Part shown: in pieces, positions 8,167-16,995 of the stretch
Position numbering within the stretch: the stretch's first letter is position 1
Layout: each line of letters begins with the position of its first letter
IMG/VR virus record: IMGVR_UViG_3300048598_000484
Location: 1 to 38,992 of that record
DNA length: 38,992 nucleotides
Source: a virus
Taxonomy: Duplodnaviria; Caudoviricetes
Direction: 5' to 3' (one strand)
Made by a program: the position numbers and the translations under genes
Notes under the pieces: generated by a model
The model's input: the letters and a program-made list of their open reading frames with translations, nothing else
What the model was told of the DNA's origin: nothing
Databases searched by the model: none

Positions 8167-10502
8167 ACCAGCCGCTCCTTTCGCCTGCGAATCGCGCCGA
8201 GTGCGTCGTCCATAGCCGGCGCAAGCCAGCCGATCGTTGCCCCGGTGTCTGCGACCAGCTGCATCCCGGCAAGTTGCGGCAGATACCGCCGCACTTCACT
8301 GATCAGCACATCCAGCTTCTGAGACAGTAAGTCGCTCGTGCCACTGATACCAACGCTATTCGGTAGGTTCGTCAGAACATCGATCGCGCCTACGTTCACG
8401 CTGGTTGGAATCGCACTCTGAATCTGCTTGTTCACGTCCTCCATGGCATCCGTGAATCCAACGCCTACGCCTTGGCCCATGTTCTCGCCGATTCCGGCGA
8501 ACACCTTGGAGGGCGACGCGATACCGAGCGCTTTCTTCGCGCTTTTCACGATGTTGGAGAAGAAATCACGCACTTTCGAAGCCAGCCAAGAAGCCATGCT
8601 CTTGATGCCTTCCCAAAGACCGCTGACGATGTTCTTGCCGATCTCTACTACGGAGGATACCGACGACCCGAAACCATTTAGAATTGCGGAAACGATTTGT
8701 GGTAATGCCGCGATCAGTTGCGGGAGAGCTTTGATCAGGCCAATCGAAAGCTGAACCGTAAATTCGATGCCCATAGCCATGAGGGTCGGGAGATTGTTCA
8801 TGAAGAAGTTGATGATCCCCGTGATCAGCTTCGGCAGCGCTTCGATCAGCTTGGGCAGCGCGCGGATGATGCCCTCGGCTAAGCCTTTCACGATCGAAAA
8901 CGCCGCATCCAGTATCTTGTCCATGTTGTCGAACAGTGTTTCGCAAATCAGGAGCACCGCCTCGATGATCGCGGGAATCAGCGTCGGAAGCGCATCGCCT
9001 ATACCTTGTTCGAGCGATGCGACCATCTGAATCGCCGCCTCCACCAATGCTGGCAGCATGTCGACAATCCCCTGTGCGAGGGTGGTGATCAGCTGCACCG
9101 CACCGTCCGTAAACTGCGGAAGTGCCGTGATTATACCCTGCAGCAACGTCATTACGATGCCGGAAGCGGCGGTGATCAGCGTGGGTAGATTCGCCGACAA
9201 AGCACCGCCGATCGCGCTCACAATGCTCATACCAACCTGCACAAATTGCGGTAGGCTGCCAAGAATCAGGTTGGCGATTCCGCCGACCGTCTCTCCGAGC
9301 ACGACGGTGATCTTGTCGAAATCACCACCCGCCTCGGCAAGCCCCGAGGTGAAATTGCCAAGTAGTGATACGCCGTCGTCCGCGAGCGTCTGCAGCTGCG
9401 GGAGCAGTACCGTGCCCATGACCCTCTGAGCCGCCTCCGAGCCTTGTTTTAGGCGCTGTACGGAATCATCGAACGCGCCGAATTTTGCGATTGTGTCCTC
9501 GCTCAGCACCGCGCCCATGCGCTTGGCTTCATCGGTCAGCGCCGCGATGCCCTCGCTGCCCTGTGCGATCAACGGATTGAGATCCTGCGCGCTCTTGCCA
9601 AAGAGCTGCATGGCCAGCGCGTCGCGCTCCGTTTCGTTCGACACCCGTCCGAGCGCGTCGATGGCGTCCCAGTAAACATCTTCGCTATCGCGAAGCGATC
9701 CGTCTGCATTGGTCACAGATACGCCTAGACGATCGTAAGCCTTGGCGAACTGCTCGCTCCCACCGGCGGCGCTAGACATGGATTTCACGTTCTTCGCCAT
9801 GGAACCGGTCATGGTCTCCAGTGACACATCCACGAGGTCGGCGGCATAGGAATACGCCTGTAGCCGTTCCACGCTCATGCCAGTGATCGAACTCTGCGTC
9901 AGCATTTCATCCGCATACGCCGCCGTGTTAACGGTCATATCGATCAGCGCTTTGCCAGCGGCCACTGCCGCAGTACCGATTGCCAAGATAGCCGCGCCGA
10001 GCGCGACGCCGATGCCCTTCACAACCGAACCGAGCTTGTCGAATCGACCGCCAGCGTCATCCGCTTGATCGGCTGATTGCTTGATCTCGTCGCCGAATTC
10101 GTCCGCCTGCTTACCGGCAGAATTTAGCCCGCTCGCCGTGCTCTCCAGCGCGGTTTCGTTCGCGCCAAGCTCACGCTCCATACCGTTGAGAGCTGCTTTG
10201 GCGTTGTTGAGCTGAACCTGCCATGCCTGCGTGCGCTTATCGTTCTCCCCAAAAGAAGAAGCCGCGTTCTGCAACGCGGCTTCGAGGGTTTCGACCTTAT
10301 CTTTTTGAGCGTCAATCTCTTTTCGCAGGACTTGGTTTCGGGAGGTCAGCGCGCCGACCGATTTGTCCTGTTTGTCGAACTGGGAGGTGACGAGGTTCAT
10401 TTCGCTCCCGAGCACCTTAAACGAGTGGTTAATCTCGGAGAGAGCTTTCTTGAACTCTTTCTCGCCCTCTATCCCAATCTTGAGTCCGAAGTCGGACGAC
10501 AT
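8163..10502 (-). CDS. Tail tape measure protein
   Basis: FGLKIGIEGEKEFK N-terminus, coiled coil, amphipathic repeats, LGIASPSKVF; GGAGGTG RBS. Confidence 0.93.
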   Translation of the reverse strand: MSSDFGLKIGIEGEKEFKKALSEINHSFKVLGSEMNLVTSQFDKQDKSVGALTSRNQVLRKEIDAQKDKVETLEAALQNAASSFGENDKRTQAWQVQLNNAKAALNGMERELGANETALESTASGLNSAGKQADEFGDEIKQSADQADDAGGRFDKLGSVVKGIGVALGAAILAIGTAAVAAGKALIDMTVNTAAYADEMLTQSSITGMSVERLQAYSYAADLVDVSLETMTGSMAKNVKSMSSAAGGSEQFAKAYDRLGVSVTNADGSLRDSEDVYWDAIDALGRVSNETERDALAMQLFGKSAQDLNPLIAQGSEGIAALTDEAKRMGAVLSEDTIAKFGAFDDSVQRLKQGSEAAQRVMGTVLLPQLQTLADDGVSLLGNFTSGLAEAGGDFDKITVVLGETVGGIANLILGSLPQFVQVGMSIVSAIGGALSANLPTLITAASGIVMTLLQGIITALPQFTDGAVQLITTLAQGIVDMLPALVEAAIQMVASLEQGIGDALPTLIPAIIEAVLLICETLFDNMDKILDAAFSIVKGLAEGIIRALPKLIEALPKLITGIINFFMNNLPTLMAMGIEFTVQLSIGLIKALPQLIAALPQIVSAILNGFGSSVSSVVEIGKNIVSGLWEGIKSMASWLASKVRDFFSNIVKSAKKALGIASPSKVFAGIGENMGQGVGVGFTDAMEDVNKQIQSAIPTSVNVGAIDVLTNLPNSVGISGTSDLLSQKLDVLISEVRRYLPQLAGMQLVADTGATIGWLAPAMDDALGAIRRRKERLV

Positions 10503-10527
10503 TTCATCACCTCCATATGAGAAAATC

Positions 10528-10560
10528 GGCATAAAAAAGAACGACCCGACGGCCCTTTTG
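10528..10560 (+). repeat. Degenerate direct-repeat copy of the 11975-12006 terminator
   Basis: GGCATAAAAAAGAACGACCCGACGGCCCTTTTG vs GGCATAAAAAAACGACCCGAAGGTCGTTTTTG. Confidence 0.7.
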
Positions 10561-10685
10561 CTCACGTCTGTTTCAGAAGCCGCTAGTGATATATCGGCAC
10601 ATGGTTTTGCCTAATATTTGCAGTAACATCGTTTGAAGATATTTGCGGAAATTCAATGTGCGAATTTTCAAATTCACATTTAATA

Positions 10686-10723
10686 TTGAATTTCATTCCT
10701 TATTGGTATATAATACTAATAAG
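10686..10723 (+). promoter_or_regulatory. Sigma-A promoter overlapped by an AT-rich palindrome (probable Fur/PerR-type operator)
   Basis: TTGAAT-N17-TATAAT; CTTATTGGTAT-ATA-ATACTAATAAG (10/11 inverted) covers the -10. Confidence 0.7.
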
Positions 10724-10748
10724 AATGTGAAGAATATTAGGATTGACT

Positions 10749-11141
10749 ATGAAAAGACGACATACCATCCAATGCGCTCTGGTGCTTGATGCAGTCAATA
10801 TGCTTGCTTCTCACGCAACAGCAGATGAAATATACCATGCCATCGTTAAGGAACACCCCCATATCAGCAGAGGAACGGTGTATCGAAACCTCCAGAGATT
10901 ATCCGATATGGGCGAAATACGAAAACGGGAGTTCCCTGGTGGCGCTGATCGATTTGACCATATCTGCAGCAATCATTACCATGCCAAGTGTGTGAAGTGT
11001 GGCCGTGTTTTTGATGTGGACATGGAGTATAAAACAGATTTGGAAAAATCGATCAAGGATACACAAGGTTTCTTATTCACCGGACATGATATTGTGTTTA
11101 AAGGTATCTGCTCGGAATGTGAACGTAACCCGAAAATATAA
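10749..11141 (+). CDS. Fur-family regulator, PerR-like
   Basis: HATADEIY, SRGTVYRNL, RFD...HYHAKCVKCGRVFD and C-terminal CSEC. Confidence 0.9.
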   Translation: MKRRHTIQCALVLDAVNMLASHATADEIYHAIVKEHPHISRGTVYRNLQRLSDMGEIRKREFPGGADRFDHICSNHYHAKCVKCGRVFDVDMEYKTDLEKSIKDTQGFLFTGHDIVFKGICSECERNPKI

Positions 11142-11225
11142 TGGAATACTTCGGATAAATTCGATCTAGTGCGCATACGGGAGCATTGAAATACCCCGTA
11201 AATAATCTATATAAGGAGAAAAACT

Positions 11226-11789
11226 ATGAGAAGTATCACAACACTGGACCTGCAGTACGCACACAGATTCTACGGATTCAAAGGCGAAGCTCAGTACTTA
11301 CATGGACACACCGGCATACTGACGATCGAGGTGGAAGACTCTATTAATACCGGCGTAAATATGGTTTTCCCCTGCAACGAAATCCAGAAGACCGCTTGGG
11401 ATTTGCTGAGAAACTTCGATCATGCTCTGATCCTCCGGGAAGACGACCCCCTGTTACCTGCAATTCTCGATGTATATGAGAAACAGGGGATCAAAGATGG
11501 CGCCCCAACCAACAAAATGAAAGGTCCCGCTTTCAAAACCGAGCTTGCCACCGCTTATCCGGATTGCCGTTTGGTTGTGACCAAAGAGACCATGACCGTC
11601 GAAGGCATGATCAAAATTGTTTATGATCTGCTGAAGGACAAACTGAACATTGCAAAGCTGACTTTTACCAGCGGCGTTAACGCGGCTTCTGAAGAATTTG
11701 ATACACACAACAACATCGACCGTTGCCCATTGTGCGGTATTGCACTAAATGAGAATGGCGCATGCCCCAAGTGCGGGTATAAGAAGTAA
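11226..11789 (+). CDS. QueD/PTPS-like T-fold protein with atypical active site and C-terminal zinc ribbon
   Basis: AHRF...LHGH, FDHALIL and TVE motifs; CPLCG...CPKCG tail. Confidence 0.8.
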   Translation: MRSITTLDLQYAHRFYGFKGEAQYLHGHTGILTIEVEDSINTGVNMVFPCNEIQKTAWDLLRNFDHALILREDDPLLPAILDVYEKQGIKDGAPTNKMKGPAFKTELATAYPDCRLVVTKETMTVEGMIKIVYDLLKDKLNIAKLTFTSGVNAASEEFDTHNNIDRCPLCGIALNENGACPKCGYKK

Positions 11790-11842
11790 TATCAAGATTC
11801 CCGCGTCCTGTAATCTGAAGGGAAATCCTGGTCAAGTCTCTC

Positions 11843-11870
11843 TAGGAGCAATCGAAAGATTGCTCCTTTT
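11843..11870 (+). terminator. Intrinsic terminator of the perR-like/queD-like unit
   Basis: AGGAGCAATC-GAAA-GATTGCTCCT-TTTT. Confidence 0.85.
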
Positions 11871-11974
11871 TCATGCTCAATGGATCGCAGGAAGCGGCTT
11901 TGGAGGATTGATACGTGCTCAAGGCTGATGGTGAGTCGAACATTGCTAAGCAGAAGCACATCTCATTTAAAAAT

Positions 11975-12006
11975 GGCATAAAAAAACGACCCGAAGGTCG
12001 TTTTTG
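11975..12006 (-). terminator. Bidirectional intrinsic terminator after the TspO-like gene
   Basis: AAAAACGACC-CGAA-GGTCGTTTTT with A/T tracts on both sides. Confidence 0.8.
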
Positions 12007-12061
12007 AACTGTTTTATTTGTTGATTGCAAGAGTTGAATCGGGGTACTAATTTGCTCGTTA

Positions 12062-12835
12062 TCAATAGGCCTTTTTCGTGATCGCAATCACTTCCGCGAC
12101 GACAACCAAAACCATTGCCGCAATTGTGGTGATCAGAACAGCGGGATACATGCCGTTAAATCCTGATGCGGAATTATGCTTAATTACGATTCCGGCATAG
12201 GCCCATAGGATTACAAGACCGTAAGCATAGTCCTTATTGCGCAGGATCGTGATAATACCGATGACTGCGCCGATTGCAATGATAGCAATCGCCCAAACGG
12301 TTTGCGACAGTCCAAATCCGTTCCAACCCACACTCACCAAAAGCGTCGTCAAGTTCGCGATGGTCGCAACGGTGATCCAACCGAAATAAACACTGAAGGG
12401 CAACTTGACGAATACCTTTTCTTTCGTACTCAGCGTTTCTTTGCGAATCGCGCTGACAATGATGGCGAGACACACGAGGATCAAGAGCATGAGTACCATC
12501 GAAAGGGCGATGATCCGGTAATGCCATGAGAAAATCCAAACCGTATTCGCGATCGACGATATGGAAAAAACCACTCCGACTTTATTCATGAGCGCATTGC
12601 TCATGGTTCTGTTCTTTTTGAACAACCCGAGCTGAAAGACCGTATATGCGGCAAGCAACAAATAGATGACTCCCCAGATCGCGAAGGTAATGCCGGCGGG
12701 CGCAAACAGATTAGGGTATGAGTCTGACACAGCTCCCGTACCGATACCGTTGATTGGCAGAATGTTTGCAAGTGCATTCACAACAACCATGAGGATAAAG
12801 GTTACTGCAGCCAAAGCTTGAATCGTCTTCTTCAT
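12062..12835 (-). CDS. TspO/MBR-like (tryptophan-rich sensory) multi-pass membrane protein
   Basis: About 8 TM segments; YPNLFAPAGITFAIWGVIY and SVYFGWITVATIAN. Confidence 0.75.
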   Translation of the reverse strand: MKKTIQALAAVTFILMVVVNALANILPINGIGTGAVSDSYPNLFAPAGITFAIWGVIYLLLAAYTVFQLGLFKKNRTMSNALMNKVGVVFSISSIANTVWIFSWHYRIIALSMVLMLLILVCLAIIVSAIRKETLSTKEKVFVKLPFSVYFGWITVATIANLTTLLVSVGWNGFGLSQTVWAIAIIAIGAVIGIITILRNKDYAYGLVILWAYAGIVIKHNSASGFNGMYPAVLITTIAAMVLVVVAEVIAITKKAY

Positions 12836-12899
12836 GTATATACCCCCTTTTTCGTCATTATAACATAACTACTGTAGGTATTATATTAATATGAGAAAT

Positions 12900-13109
12900 C
12901 TAGAGGAACGATGGTGCAATATCTTCGATAAAGCACTCCGTTTTTACACGAACAATCCCATGAAACTGCCGGTACACCTCCCACTGATCTAAGAGAGCGC
13001 CTAGCGGCATGAGCCAAACCTCGCGCTCCGGTCGCCCCAGTAGAGTCGCTCCGTAAAAGATCAGTCGGGCAAACAGCTCTTCGTCGCTTGCCCGACCAAC
13101 ACGTTTTTT
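12900..13109 (-). CDS. Tail assembly chaperone C-terminal extension (G-T type), reached by a -1 frameshift
   Basis: The -1 frame after AAAAAAC reads RVGRASDEELFARLIFYG...EVWLMPLGALLDQWEVYRQFHG...PSFL* to TAG at 12900. Confidence 0.75.
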   Translation of the reverse strand, partial: KKRVGRASDEELFARLIFYGATLLGRPEREVWLMPLGALLDQWEVYRQFHGIVRVKTECFIEDIAPSFL

Positions 13110-13474
13110 GAGGGATCCTCCTCGCTCTCGACATAGCGTTTGGTGCCCTTGACCATCGCTTCCATGATCGCAGTCTTGTAACCGGAGAGATCCAATGGTG
13201 TGGTGAGCAGCTCGACTGCTTCCTCGGTTAAAAGCTCACGCTTATTATCCGGCTCAAGAAGGTTGTGCACGAGCGTGCTCTGATTGGCGAGCAGCGTGAT
13301 CAGCCACACTACCTCGTCCAACGCGAGCTCAAAGTTCTCCGCTTTCATGAGCTTGTCGCCAAGGTGCTCCAACCCACCGTATCGCTTCGCGATTTCTTTG
13401 GTCGCACGCGTGGTTAGGAGCATTTCATACTCCCGATTGCCGATCTGGATCATTGCGCCTCTGTCGTTTTCCAT
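13061..13474 (-). CDS. Tail assembly chaperone (gpG-like)
   Basis: Follows the major tail gene; LLTTRATKEIAKRYGGLE. Confidence 0.8.
   Translation of the reverse strand: MENDRGAMIQIGNREYEMLLTTRATKEIAKRYGGLEHLGDKLMKAENFELALDEVVWLITLLANQSTLVHNLLEPDNKRELLTEEAVELLTTPLDLSGYKTAIMEAMVKGTKRYVESEEDPSKNVLVGQATKSCLPD
13103..13109 (-). other. Programmed -1 frameshift slippery site A AAA AAC
   Basis: In-frame tcA AAA AAC near the 3' end of the chaperone gene; open -1 frame follows. Confidence 0.75.
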
Positions 13475-13477
13475 GTG

Positions 13478-14068
13478 TTAACCCTCCGCCGCAAATGTCG
13501 GCTCGTAGACCTGCGTGTACCAGCCCGAGATCGTCGCCGCCGGCACGCTCGTATCATCCTCGTTTACCTCCGCTTTCCACGGATGCTTGCCCTGCCCGTC
13601 CAGCCTATTGCGCCGGATGATCGTTCCCTCGATCGACGGGGTCGAGAACGTGATATTGTCGCCCTTCGTCTGCAGGTTCGTCGAGGGAATACCGAACACG
13701 ACACGATAGAGCCAGAAGTAGCGGTACTTGCCGTTACTCTTCTTCGCGCGGAATCCGATCGCGACAGGCTGTCCGCCATTCTCGCTCTGGGAAACCAGCA
13801 CCTTGTTATCGTCGATCTGTGACCCGGTCAGATCGCTCGCGACCGCCGCGCCGATGTTGTCGATTCCCAGCGTGAGCGTACCGCTCTTGAACTCCTTGAC
13901 CACCTCGGCCGCGCCATCGTCGGCGTAGAGCGTCGCTTCATTGATATCGATCTTCAGTTCCGCAGACATCGCCTTGGCGAGCGAAACGGGTGCGGCGTAA
14001 GTCTCGTCGCCGTTCGCGCCTTCGGTGATCTTCGCGTAATATAGTTTATCCAATCCGATGGTTGCCAT
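13478..14068 (-). CDS. Major tail protein (phi13-like family)
   Basis: MATIGLDKLYYA, LYADDG and VAIGFRAKKSNGKYRYFWLY. Confidence 0.92.
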   Translation of the reverse strand: MATIGLDKLYYAKITEGANGDETYAAPVSLAKAMSAELKIDINEATLYADDGAAEVVKEFKSGTLTLGIDNIGAAVASDLTGSQIDDNKVLVSQSENGGQPVAIGFRAKKSNGKYRYFWLYRVVFGIPSTNLQTKGDNITFSTPSIEGTIIRRNRLDGQGKHPWKAEVNEDDTSVPAATISGWYTQVYEPTFAAEG

Positions 14069-14410
14069 CTATTCTTCCTCCATGTACTCCTTCGCCACGT
14101 CGATAGCGAAGTGGTGATAACCCGTGTCTTCTTCCAGCCCAATATATCTGCGTTCCGATACCAGAAATCCCGCCGAGAGCAGCAGTCGAACGAGCAGTCG
14201 TTTTCTCGCGCCATAATTCCCCTTCGAAAAGAGCGATAACCGCGCTTCTTCAATGTTCATGCTCGGCGCGTTGTCCGAAAACAGCTCGAAATGCTCCGAG
14301 ATCGGCGTAATCACAACGTACTCGTCCGGCGCTGTGGTAGAGAAAACGCCGGTCTCCAGAGGAAGTCCGGCGCTTGTAACGATCATATTCAGCTCTTCCA
14401 GCATGCTCAT
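14069..14410 (-). CDS. Tail terminator/completion protein
   Basis: Position and EDTGYHHFAIDV motif. Confidence 0.7.
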   Translation of the reverse strand: MSMLEELNMIVTSAGLPLETGVFSTTAPDEYVVITPISEHFELFSDNAPSMNIEEARLSLFSKGNYGARKRLLVRLLLSAGFLVSERRYIGLEEDTGYHHFAIDVAKEYMEEE

Positions 14411-14835
14411 GGCAGGTTCAGCTCCTCTTTCAAAACGCGCTGCATCTCATTGATACACGGCTTTCTGCTCGAGGACTTTGTCTGCTTCAGAAACGGCTTC
14501 GGCGGCTGACCATGCTTGCCGTATTCCAGAAGGTTCGCGAGCATAGCATTACTGACGTCGCCGCGCCCTTCTGAAAACCCGACCTTCACATCCAAATTTT
14601 CGTCGCGATCCAGCTTCGCCGGTGATACGCCGAGCGATGCGGCAAGCTTGCCGGTCGAGCGCGATTTGATCTTCGTGCCACGCCCGATCGCCGCTTGCAG
14701 ATTCGATTTCATCTTTGCCATGACGACCTTACCGCCTGCCGCGAGCGCTTTGGGAATCGCCGTATCGAGCGCGTTACCCATACCGGCGACTTGATCCATG
14801 AAGCCACTTGGCATCTCGATTTTCACTTTAGCCAC
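14407..14835 (-). CDS. HK97 gp10-family neck protein
   Basis: STGKLAASL, LEYG...QPPKPFLK. Confidence 0.85.
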   Translation of the reverse strand: MAKVKIEMPSGFMDQVAGMGNALDTAIPKALAAGGKVVMAKMKSNLQAAIGRGTKIKSRSTGKLAASLGVSPAKLDRDENLDVKVGFSEGRGDVSNAMLANLLEYGKHGQPPKPFLKQTKSSSRKPCINEMQRVLKEELNLP

Positions 14836-15160
14836 CTGGTGTCACCTTCTTTGCCAGAACTTCAAAATACATACCTCTGCCCTTCACATCCTCGACGGAT
14901 GTGATTTCATAACGATCATCACCGCAAAGGATCACGTGCGCCGTGGTTACGGATAGCCCCGGTATAACACGAAATTGGAACGAATCCGTTGCCTCCGAAA
15001 AGGAGGCACGGTTGACCCATTTCTGAGAACCGTGCCGCACCTCGCGATATGCGCGGATGGATTTGAGGACGTTGTCCGTCTTAATCGCAAACCCCTCCGC
15101 ATCCTTCGTTACCGTTTCCACGGCGATGGAAATATGCGTGTTCATTTTTCCGAAACTCAT
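14828..15160 (-). CDS. Head closure/head-tail adaptor (SPP1 gp16-like)
   Basis: KDAEGF and YEITSVEDVKGRGMYFEVLA; position. Confidence 0.85.
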   Translation of the reverse strand: MSFGKMNTHISIAVETVTKDAEGFAIKTDNVLKSIRAYREVRHGSQKWVNRASFSEATDSFQFRVIPGLSVTTAHVILCGDDRYEITSVEDVKGRGMYFEVLAKKVTPGG

Positions 15161-15474
15161 ACGCCAAATACCCAAAGACGATCTAGGCGAAGTAGCGTGT
15201 TTACCGTGTCCCATGTCTGTTGCCCCGCCTGCACATTGTCCGCAAAGAAGCCGCCCGTGCTGCCGTCCCGGCTCTCATAGAAATGAGATGCCAACATGAT
15301 CACCGCCGCCTCGGTTGTTGGCGGCATAGCCGCTGCTTCATAGGTTCCGGCGGTCAGGTGCTGATAGCTCTCGGCATATGCAACAGCAGCATCGATTAAC
15401 CGTTGAAGCAGTTCATCGTCGGCATCATGTTCTAGGATCACGTTCGCCTTGACCTTAGTTAGCAGCGTCGTCAT
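15157..15474 (-). CDS. Head-tail connector (HK97 gp6-like)
   Basis: VKANVILEHDADDELL, AVIMLASHFYESR. Confidence 0.88.
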   Translation of the reverse strand: MTTLLTKVKANVILEHDADDELLQRLIDAAVAYAESYQHLTAGTYEAAAMPPTTEAAVIMLASHFYESRDGSTGGFFADNVQAGQQTWDTVNTLLRLDRLWVFGV

Positions 15475-15475
15475 C

Positions 15476-15772
15476 TCACATCGAACCCGGCTGGTCTGCC
15501 GCCATGATCCCGGCATCCTTGAGCTTCTGCATCAGAGCGTTGAAATCGCTCGTGAGGTCGGAGATTGTTGTTGCGGCGCTCGCAGCTTGATTCATCGCCT
15601 GATATACGCTGCCAGCGGTTTGCTCAGTTGCATATCCCGATTGCAAGCCGGTGACGGTGGCGGTATCCAGCACCTCCAGAGTACCGCCAATCACCAACCG
15701 ATCTCCGCCGTCGGTTAGGTAGTTTTTACAGTTGCGGGTCATATCTCCCGCCGGAGTCTCAATGATCTCCAT
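15476..15772 (-). CDS. Head fibre/decoration protein
   Basis: KNY..GGDRLVIGGTLEV and DFNALMQKLKDAGIM; follows the capsid gene. Confidence 0.75.
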   Translation of the reverse strand: MEIIETPAGDMTRNCKNYLTDGGDRLVIGGTLEVLDTATVTGLQSGYATEQTAGSVYQAMNQAASAATTISDLTSDFNALMQKLKDAGIMAADQPGSM

Positions 15773-15782
15773 ATACCCTCCA

Positions 15783-16982
15783 TTACGCTTTCTGCTGCAG
15801 GACCTTGATCGCTTCGGGCAGAATCAGCTTACCGTCGAGCCGCTGCGATGCGAGGAAACCGATCTGACCGGTGGTTGCGTACAGCTCGTTCAGACGTTTG
15901 AAGGTGCGGCCCTGACGGTCGGCGATCCAGTAGTAGGAGAAGTCGCCGAACGCGATGGATTTATTGCCCGCGCTAACGCCCGGCATGAACTCGCTGGTGA
16001 CGATCCGGTGACCCAGAATCGTGTCCGGCGCATTTTCCGTAATGCCCGGACGCCAGAGATACTGACCGTCACCGTCTTTGAGTTTGCGCAGCAGCTTCAC
16101 GGTCGTATCGTTGAGCACGAACACCGCGCTCTTGCGGTACGGTGCACGGAGCGAGTACACAAGGTCGATCAGCTCATCGCCCGTGATTGCAGCCGCACCC
16201 GCCGTGGTCACACCGACTTCCGCGCCACCGGTCGTGTGCAGAATGCCGATGGGTTTGCTCACACCGTTGCCGGTGAGGAACGCATCCTCTTCCTTGTCAC
16301 CGATGCGCTTGCCGAACTGCTCGGAAACATACCCTTCGATATCGAAGATGCTGTCGGAGAGAAGCTCTTCGGAGACCTTGATCATGGTCGCAAGCTTATA
16401 CGCGCCGAGAACAACCTGCGAGAAGGTGTCGTCCGAGAGCGGGTAGGTACCCTCTTCGTCGACCCAGTCAGCGGTACCCTTCGACGCAACCACAGGGATC
16501 TTTCGATCGCCGAAGCTGGTCTGGATCACATGGCAGAGCGGACGCAGCACATTTGCAGCTGTTAGCTTTTGCACGAGCGTACGCTCGAACTCGTCGGGAA
16601 CTAGGTAACCACCCTCGCTGTCAGTGCCTTCGACCAGAGAGTTCAGAATCTCAGGTCTCGGGTTCTTGGAGCGGATCGCGTTCCAGAATGCCTTTTTGTA
16701 TGCGTCCGATGCGCGACCCGTTTTCTGGTCAACGGCTGCAAGCGCCGGTTTACTCGTCAGCGGGTCGGCGGTGGGTTTGTTTAGCTCAGCGTCAAGCGCA
16801 GCCTGCCGTTCCAACCGATCGATCTCCTTGCCGAGGTTGACGACGTCGGCTTCCATCTTTTCGTAGGTTGTGACGTCCTCGGCGGCGAGAAGTCCGTCCG
16901 AACCACGTTTGGTGTCGAGAAATGCTTTCGCTGCGTCCCACGCTTTTGCACGCTTTTCGCGAAGTTCCTGAATCTGGTTCAT
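15783..16982 (-). CDS. Major capsid protein, HK97 family
   Basis: N-terminal coiled delta domain; GGYLVPDEF, LKDGDGQYLW, FGDFSYY. Confidence 0.96.
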   Translation of the reverse strand: MNQIQELREKRAKAWDAAKAFLDTKRGSDGLLAAEDVTTYEKMEADVVNLGKEIDRLERQAALDAELNKPTADPLTSKPALAAVDQKTGRASDAYKKAFWNAIRSKNPRPEILNSLVEGTDSEGGYLVPDEFERTLVQKLTAANVLRPLCHVIQTSFGDRKIPVVASKGTADWVDEEGTYPLSDDTFSQVVLGAYKLATMIKVSEELLSDSIFDIEGYVSEQFGKRIGDKEEDAFLTGNGVSKPIGILHTTGGAEVGVTTAGAAAITGDELIDLVYSLRAPYRKSAVFVLNDTTVKLLRKLKDGDGQYLWRPGITENAPDTILGHRIVTSEFMPGVSAGNKSIAFGDFSYYWIADRQGRTFKRLNELYATTGQIGFLASQRLDGKLILPEAIKVLQQKA

Positions 16983-16995
16983 GTATTTCTCTCCT

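Noticed and set aside
11174-11215. Hairpin TACGGG...CCCGTA with an A-rich tail upstream of the queD-like gene, as a preQ1-I riboswitch
   Set aside because: The loop lacks the conserved preQ1-I nucleotides and the pseudoknot pairing is weak; a cmscan hit would be needed
11226-11789. 7-deazaguanine DNA modification system
   Set aside because: No folE, queC, queE or dpdA in the window, and the QueD catalytic Cys is absent
12886-13134. 82-aa ORF from the track as the second tail chaperone
   Set aside because: Wrong frame; the plausible product is in the -1 frame ending at 12900
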